Positions 58,769 through 64,000 of a stretch of 64,000 nucleotides of DNA are shown one piece after another. Position 1 is the first letter of the stretch; the number at the start of each line of letters is the position of its first letter. The notes under the pieces were generated by a model. The model was not told the DNA's origin. It saw nothing but the letters and a program-made list of their open reading frames with translations, and did not search any database. Location of the stretch: contig CAXXFV010000026.1 of the NCBI GenBank assembly GCA_963674595.2, positions 64,001 to 128,000 on the forward strand. Reading direction: 5' to 3'. Made by a program: the position numbers and the translations under genes. Origin of the DNA: a bacterium. GTDB taxonomy: Bacteria > Zhuqueibacterota > Zhuqueibacteria > Residuimicrobiales > Krinioviventaceae.

Positions 58769-60613
58769 TTATTTTAACAACAAACACTTGTGCGTTTTTT
58801 GATATTTATCCGCATAAAATTTGATAAAATATGTGCCGGTTGGATTATTTTTAGCATTCCAGATAATTCGGTGGTCACCGCCCGACATTTCCTGTTCTAT
58901 GAGCTTTTCTACTAATCTTCCATTTATGTCATATATTGAAATATCAACAAATGATTTTTTTGCCAGCGTAAATGGAATTGTTGTCGTGGGATTAAACGGA
59001 TTTGGATAATTTTGTTGTAGCTGAAAAGCCTCAGGGACTGAATTATTTTCGCTGGATGAAACAGACGCCGGAGTTTCGACAATGACGATAAAATCTTTCG
59101 AATCAACGGTGTGTTTGCCGGTAATGTCTGTAAAAGCATATGTTACGCTGATATTTGAATAATGGCCAGGTGGTGTGTTTTCGGCGATGGCAATTTTGAG
59201 CACCCAACCAAAACTGTCCATTTCATAAACATTGGGACCGCCAATAAGAATAGGTTGAATAAATTCATCACCGCCGGTAACTGTGCTTCGGTCTGCTAAC
59301 ACCACGGAATTTGTGTTTGCGTTAGTACCATGAACTGTAACCGTATCACCCGGTGTTAAATAAACTTCTGTTCCACTGCCCGGAAGTTTGTAGAAAAAGG
59401 TAGTAGAATTAAACTCACTCCAGGTGTTGTCGCTGTTCATTGCATGGGCGTATATTGTGTGTTTTGTATTGTTTTTTAGATTTGGAATTATTAACGGATT
59501 GTAAAATTCTTCACTCATACTGTTAAATTCACCATCCGTTGCAGGTAGAGGATAACCGGTTCCGTCTTCGCCAATGCTGTCAACAAAACATTCCACAGAT
59601 TTTATTGTTTGGTTCGACTCGGCTTTGCCAACAATTTCAACAACATTTCCATTAGTCGGCGATTCATTTACATAAAGTTGAGAAATGGAAAAATCATTTG
59701 TTGAAACATAAATGGAATCTACAACAACATAGTCTTTCCCATCAAAAGCAGCAATTTTATAACAGTAGGTACTGCTTTCAGAAGGAGTATCAAATGATGT
59801 AAAATCGCGAACAGATTCAAGCAGCACATTGTCTTTAAATACATGAAAGGCTTCAATACCACCATTTATTGGTTTAATTTTTATATAGTCAAATTTGGCC
59901 TTTCCATTTTTTAAAGCATCATACATAACCAGGCCAACTTTCCCGCTGGAATGCTCTGCCCAAAATGGAACAGCATCTTTAATGTCATGATAATTTTGAT
60001 AGACACCGTTGATGGTTACGGTTACGGCAGGGAGGGCCGATGCTTTTAGCTCAATTACATTCCATTGCCCCAAATTTTCATTTAATTCACTACTTGCAAT
60101 CCATCCGGTCACGTTTTCAAGACCTTGAGAGGAAAAGTTGTTAATTCTATAATCTCCGTAGCCGTGAATAAATTTATGAGTCGATTGCCAATTCCCGTCA
60201 TCTCTTAGTGTAGTTGGATCTCCATTAAAAAATATTCCGACATTATCTTTATCACCTTGAGTTTTTGTCATTTTTGTTTCTATTATAATGTTGCTATAGT
60301 TTTGGTCGAAATATATTGAAGCATTTTTGTGTGATCCTGAAGTGACTTCCAGGAAGCCGTTATTTACCTTCCAATTACCGGAGCGAGTTTTCCATTTGCT
60401 GTCAAGTGTTTCAAAATCGTCATATATGTACTTGTCAAAATAGCCATTTTCCAAACTTGTACCCCAATTTAGAGTAACTTTTCCGGTTTGTTTATCGACT
60501 TGAGCATCCAGACTGTAAATTTCCTGGCTAAAACTTTTTATAGTGGAAATTAAAATGAACAAAAGTAAATAGGTTACTGTTCGGTGTATCAACCTTGTCA
60601 TCGTGACCTCCAT
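58769..60613 (-). CDS. Secreted protein with a DUF1080/ConA-like domain and C-terminal sorting domain
   Basis: DDFE...WKTRSGNWKV, SGKVGL...FDYIKI, QNYPNPFNP. Confidence 0.85.
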   Translation of the reverse strand: MEVTMTRLIHRTVTYLLLFILISTIKSFSQEIYSLDAQVDKQTGKVTLNWGTSLENGYFDKYIYDDFETLDSKWKTRSGNWKVNNGFLEVTSGSHKNASIYFDQNYSNIIIETKMTKTQGDKDNVGIFFNGDPTTLRDDGNWQSTHKFIHGYGDYRINNFSSQGLENVTGWIASSELNENLGQWNVIELKASALPAVTVTINGVYQNYHDIKDAVPFWAEHSSGKVGLVMYDALKNGKAKFDYIKIKPINGGIEAFHVFKDNVLLESVRDFTSFDTPSESSTYCYKIAAFDGKDYVVVDSIYVSTNDFSISQLYVNESPTNGNVVEIVGKAESNQTIKSVECFVDSIGEDGTGYPLPATDGEFNSMSEEFYNPLIIPNLKNNTKHTIYAHAMNSDNTWSEFNSTTFFYKLPGSGTEVYLTPGDTVTVHGTNANTNSVVLADRSTVTGGDEFIQPILIGGPNVYEMDSFGWVLKIAIAENTPPGHYSNISVTYAFTDITGKHTVDSKDFIVIVETPASVSSSENNSVPEAFQLQQNYPNPFNPTTTIPFTLAKKSFVDISIYDINGRLVEKLIEQEMSGGDHRIIWNAKNNPTGTYFIKFYADKYQKTHKCLLLK

Positions 60614-60874
60614 TTCTGAATCATGTCATGTGATCTCTATCAGCATAAACCAACGAACTGTGCCGTATGTTGATTTATTACTTTGTATTGTGTTGTCAGG
60701 ATAAACGTACTGTTTCGACTTTTTCCCGCTCAGATTGTTTATAATGTTGTAATTTTAGTACGTTTTTTGCCGGTTTTAATAAAATTTTGGTAATGTGGCA
60801 CAATGTGCCTGAATAAACAGAGTTTTTCGGATATTTTTCATCAACAGTACTACATCTGAGTATTTGGATGTTGT

Positions 60875-61045
60875 CACTAACACAATTTTTTTTGTTCGTA
60901 CTATTAGTACCCGTTTTTATAAAATGGTGGAAAATCAGCAAAAGACTGTCAGGGTTCCCGTGGTTGATCACATGATCATGGGAAGTAGTCTTTTATGGCT
61001 GACGTATGGATAATACTAATTCTGAGGTAAAGGTGCAAGTTAATT
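60875..61045 (-). promoter_or_regulatory. Repeated promoter + hairpin leader + GTTR-core module, copy C
   Basis: TTGCAC (61038-61033)-N17-TATTAT (61015-61010). Hairpin at 60934-61003. Core GTTAGTG at 60881-60875. Confidence 0.75.
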
Positions 61046-61118
61046 TTATATAAAGTTTAGGGATTTCCCCCCTGGTTTAAAACCCCCGTTTATAGTGTTG
61101 TGAACGATACTTTTCTGT

Positions 61119-61706
61119 TTAAAAATAGCGGTAAACAATGTCCTGAACCTGGTGCAGCCACAGGGTACGCTGTTCATGGGTGCTGGTAACGATGATGCGG
61201 AACATTTTGCGGTAAAAATCCTCAACGCCGCACAGTTTAAAAATACAGTTTTTCCAGATGGTTTCCAGGGGATCGCCAAACTCGCGCTGTTCCCGTGACG
61301 CTTCGGTGTCGGATGTGTTGAAAACCAGGGCGGTCTTGGCCTTTAGCAGTCCATTGGGCACGCCTTCGCCGCTGTCGCCTTCCAGAAATTCATAGGCCAC
61401 ACCCGGACGAATAACACGGTCCACCCAGCCCTTTAAAATCGCCGGTGGTTGTCCCCACCAGTTTGGGTGAATAATGATAATGCCGTCTGCCTGTGCGATT
61501 TCGTCACAATGGCGGGCAACCTCATCCGGCAGGACCGCGTCTTTGGGGAATTCCTGCGCCGGTATCAGCGGATCAAATTTTTCCTGATACAAATCGTGAT
61601 AAAAGACCTGATGCCCCTTGTCCGTTAATACTCTGCGGGCCGCCTCGGCAATGGCATGATTTAAGCTGTCCGGATTCGGATGCGCCAGTATAATAGAAAT
61701 GTTCAT
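61119..61706 (-). CDS. Flavodoxin-fold NAD(P)H-dependent (quinone) oxidoreductase
   Basis: AHPNPDSLN, DLY, HPNWWGQPPAILKGWVDRV. Confidence 0.93.
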   Translation of the reverse strand: MNISIILAHPNPDSLNHAIAEAARRVLTDKGHQVFYHDLYQEKFDPLIPAQEFPKDAVLPDEVARHCDEIAQADGIIIIHPNWWGQPPAILKGWVDRVIRPGVAYEFLEGDSGEGVPNGLLKAKTALVFNTSDTEASREQREFGDPLETIWKNCIFKLCGVEDFYRKMFRIIVTSTHEQRTLWLHQVQDIVYRYF

Positions 61707-61816
61707 AGAATCTCCGATATGTGTATGTGCCGGCTGATCGTTTAATATATATTTTTTTACTGTTTTATAAAAGGGGAAAACGTTGGTGCGAGCAAAAAGT
61801 GTGGCTGCAACACGCG

Positions 61817-62581
61817 TCAGACAATATTAAACTCTTTTTTAATCATATTTTGTGCCTGCTCCGGAGATAAAAAAGCAAATTTGCTGTAATTTTTATGGAC
61901 AATGACAATTTCATTCAATGCTTTGTTTATTAAAGTCGCATTCTCCCATGACTTTAAAGCGCAGATTACCCGTTCCAGGCATCCTTTTTTATAGCTTATT
62001 TGTCCAATGATATGAATTATTGTATCTGTTACTTTTATTTCCGAATCGTTTTGATGTTCAGCCAAAATTGGTAATATATCGTCCGGATGAGTGCGTCCCC
62101 AAAGTTCTAATCCATGAAGCAATTTTATGCGAACTTTTGGATTAGAGTGCGGCAACTTTTTTTTAACAAAAGCTATTGTTGGAACTGGATTTTTTTCTCC
62201 CAATTGTTTTAACGCGCCGGTAACCGCATTCAAGACCGAATGATGGCTGTCGGAGAAGGCTTGTTCAAAAAGTTCCTGAATGACCTCAAATTCTGTTTTT
62301 CCAATTTCACCCAATGCATAAACAACGGTTTGTCTCACTTTTTCATCTTTGCTGAGATATAAAGATTTAAGCATGGAGAGGATAATCTTTTTTTCATCTA
62401 TATTGTTTTTATACAGTTTTCCGATTGCCAAATATACATTTTTCCGAATATATGTATCATCGTTTGATGCATAAGAATAAATATTTTTATAGTCTCTGCT
62501 TTTAAGGTCAGACTGGACAAGATGTTCGATTTTTTCCTTTAAAAGTGTGCGCTCTTTATTTGTCAGATCATAGTAACTCAT
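61817..62581 (-). CDS. HEAT-repeat protein (DNA alkylation repair-like)
   Basis: DTYIRK, DEKVRQTVVYALGEIG HEAT repeats. Confidence 0.8.
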   Translation of the reverse strand: MSYYDLTNKERTLLKEKIEHLVQSDLKSRDYKNIYSYASNDDTYIRKNVYLAIGKLYKNNIDEKKIILSMLKSLYLSKDEKVRQTVVYALGEIGKTEFEVIQELFEQAFSDSHHSVLNAVTGALKQLGEKNPVPTIAFVKKKLPHSNPKVRIKLLHGLELWGRTHPDDILPILAEHQNDSEIKVTDTIIHIIGQISYKKGCLERVICALKSWENATLINKALNEIVIVHKNYSKFAFLSPEQAQNMIKKEFNIV

Positions 62582-62582
62582 T

Positions 62583-63071
62583 TTAATAATCCACAAGATG
62601 TCTTTGTTTTTTCCATTGAGTAAGGATAATGCGATAAAATCGGCACCCTACTGTTTTTTCAACATCACCCGAATCGTCTCTTTTTCCTGCGGGGGTGAGG
62701 GCTTTATAGCCCCGGATATAGTTCCAGCCATAGCCCCAGCGGTACCAGGTGGGGAAATAGGGACTGCCGCCGGCGCGGACAGCGTTATACATCATGTCCG
62801 CAAGATACTCGTCCCCGGTTTTTTCAATAATGCATTCCCTGAATTTTTGGTCGGTTTGCAGCCGTTCTTGTTTGGTGCCGCCGTGCCAGTAAACACTGTC
62901 GTGGGCTACACAACAATCGCACCAGGACTTTTCATCTATAAGGGACCGGTCAGGAAAAAGACTGCATCCGTCGCTTTTAAATTGATTCAGTTTCGGGTGG
63001 GAGGAACAACCAAACCCAAAAATAAACGGGATGATGAGTATTTTTAAGGAACGTCTGATATTTGTTTTCAT
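62583..63071 (-). CDS. Lipoprotein with a phospholipase A2-like CCxxHD motif, possibly frameshifted at the C-terminus
   Basis: Lipobox GFGC, SDGCSLFPD, WCDCCVAHD, AVRAGG, RWGYGW. Confidence 0.75.
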   Translation of the reverse strand: MKTNIRRSLKILIIPFIFGFGCSSHPKLNQFKSDGCSLFPDRSLIDEKSWCDCCVAHDSVYWHGGTKQERLQTDQKFRECIIEKTGDEYLADMMYNAVRAGGSPYFPTWYRWGYGWNYIRGYKALTPAGKRDDSGDVEKTVGCRFYRIILTQWKKQRHLVDY

Positions 63072-63309
63072 GGTTTGCTCGAATCAATTTGGCTGATTGG
63101 TGAAAATTATTATAAATTTAACAGGTTTTGATTATTTAATGTAAAATAACACGCGAGACGCGATTAATCGCGTCGTTACTCTGCTGCCAATTAAATATAT
63201 GATAATAAAATCCGTCTATTAATTCAAGTAACATATTTTTATACAAAATTTAACTTGCCAAAGGATTGTATTTTAAATATCTTTCAAGAGTTAACCAAAG
63301 AGGAAGGAC

Positions 63310-64000
63310 ATGGAACTGACGAAACTTTTTAACAATGTTTATCATTTTTTAAACCAAAAGCTTTTTACGCTGGGACAAACAGATGTAAACCTTATTTCCA
63401 TTCTGTTCTTTGTGCTGCTGCTGGTGTTTGTTGTTGTGGCTTCCCGGTTCTTTGCCAGACGAGTTCTTACCCGGATCCTGTCCCGGTTTGCGCTGGACCC
63501 AGGTATGATATATAATTTTCGACAAATAACAGAGTATACGCTGATTTTTATCGGAATTATAATTGCCTTTCAAATGATCGGCATCAACCTGAGCGGACTG
63601 GCGGTTATATTCGGTTTGTTGTCCGTTGGTATCGGTTTTGGTCTGCAAAATATAACCTCCAACTTTATGTCAGGGCTTATATTACTGTTTGAACGGCCCA
63701 TCAAAATCGGTGACCGGATAACCGTTGGCGATACCGAAGGTGATGTTATGGAGATCAACATGCGGTCCACAACCATCCGGTCGTTGAACAATATATCCAT
63801 TATTGTGCCGAATTCCGAGTTTGTAAGTTCACGGGTCATTAACTGGACGCACGGTGACCCGAAAATCCGCATTGATATTGATGTGGGTGTTTCCTACGAA
63901 TCCGATCTTGATCTTGTTTTGCAAACGCTGGAACAGGTGGCCGCCGAGAACAGTGAGGTGTTGTCTCACCCAAAACCGGAAGTACATTTGAGAGAATTCG
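63310..64000 (+). CDS. mscS: Small-conductance mechanosensitive channel (partial, runs off the right edge)
   Basis: Absent from the ORF track. Manual translation from ATG 63310 gives LSVGIGFGLQNITSNFMSGLILLFERPIKIGD...IIVPNS...INW. Confidence 0.93.
   Translation, partial: MELTKLFNNVYHFLNQKLFTLGQTDVNLISILFFVLLLVFVVVASRFFARRVLTRILSRFALDPGMIYNFRQITEYTLIFIGIIIAFQMIGINLSGLAVIFGLLSVGIGFGLQNITSNFMSGLILLFERPIKIGDRITVGDTEGDVMEINMRSTTIRSLNNISIIVPNSEFVSSRVINWTHGDPKIRIDIDVGVSYESDLDLVLQTLEQVAAENSEVLSHPKPEVHLREF

Noticed and set aside
3964-63872. Numerous antisense or nested ORFs in the track, including 63349..63872
   Set aside because: They are shadows of longer, motif-supported genes on the opposite strand or frame (mscS in the last case).

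Overview
A 64-kb bacterial accessory region with no core housekeeping operon, rRNA, tRNA or CRISPR array. Seven secreted proteins end in the (N/A)YPNPFN-type C-terminal sorting domain (T9SS type A / FlgD-Ig-like), which suggests an FCB-group lineage such as KSB1 or Calditrichota (inference). About 59 genes lie almost all on the minus strand. They include a sulfatase, a Gfo/Idh/MocA oxidoreductase, a PAS/GAF kinase with response regulator, a GH36, an M14 peptidase, three secreted phosphatases, many cassette-type small genes and orphan lipoproteins, an intact IS1182-family element, a nonsense-disrupted REP-associated tyrosine transposase (RAYT), and an AT-rich DUF4238 + ATPase candidate defence pair. 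The intergenic DNA is the most unusual part. (1) At least six REP/REPIN families separate the genes. (2) A roughly 150-220 bp module occurs six times in the same orientation: a sigma70-like promoter (TTGYNC-N17-TAYWAT), a nested hairpin with covarying stems and, in three copies, a GTTR integron-like core at which the homology stops. Each copy precedes unrelated genes, some of which carry integron-cassette signatures, yet no integrase is present in the window. This multi-copy 'promoter + structured leader + attI-like' platform is the best candidate for an undescribed system. Family assignments come from motif recognition by eye, not from database searches.
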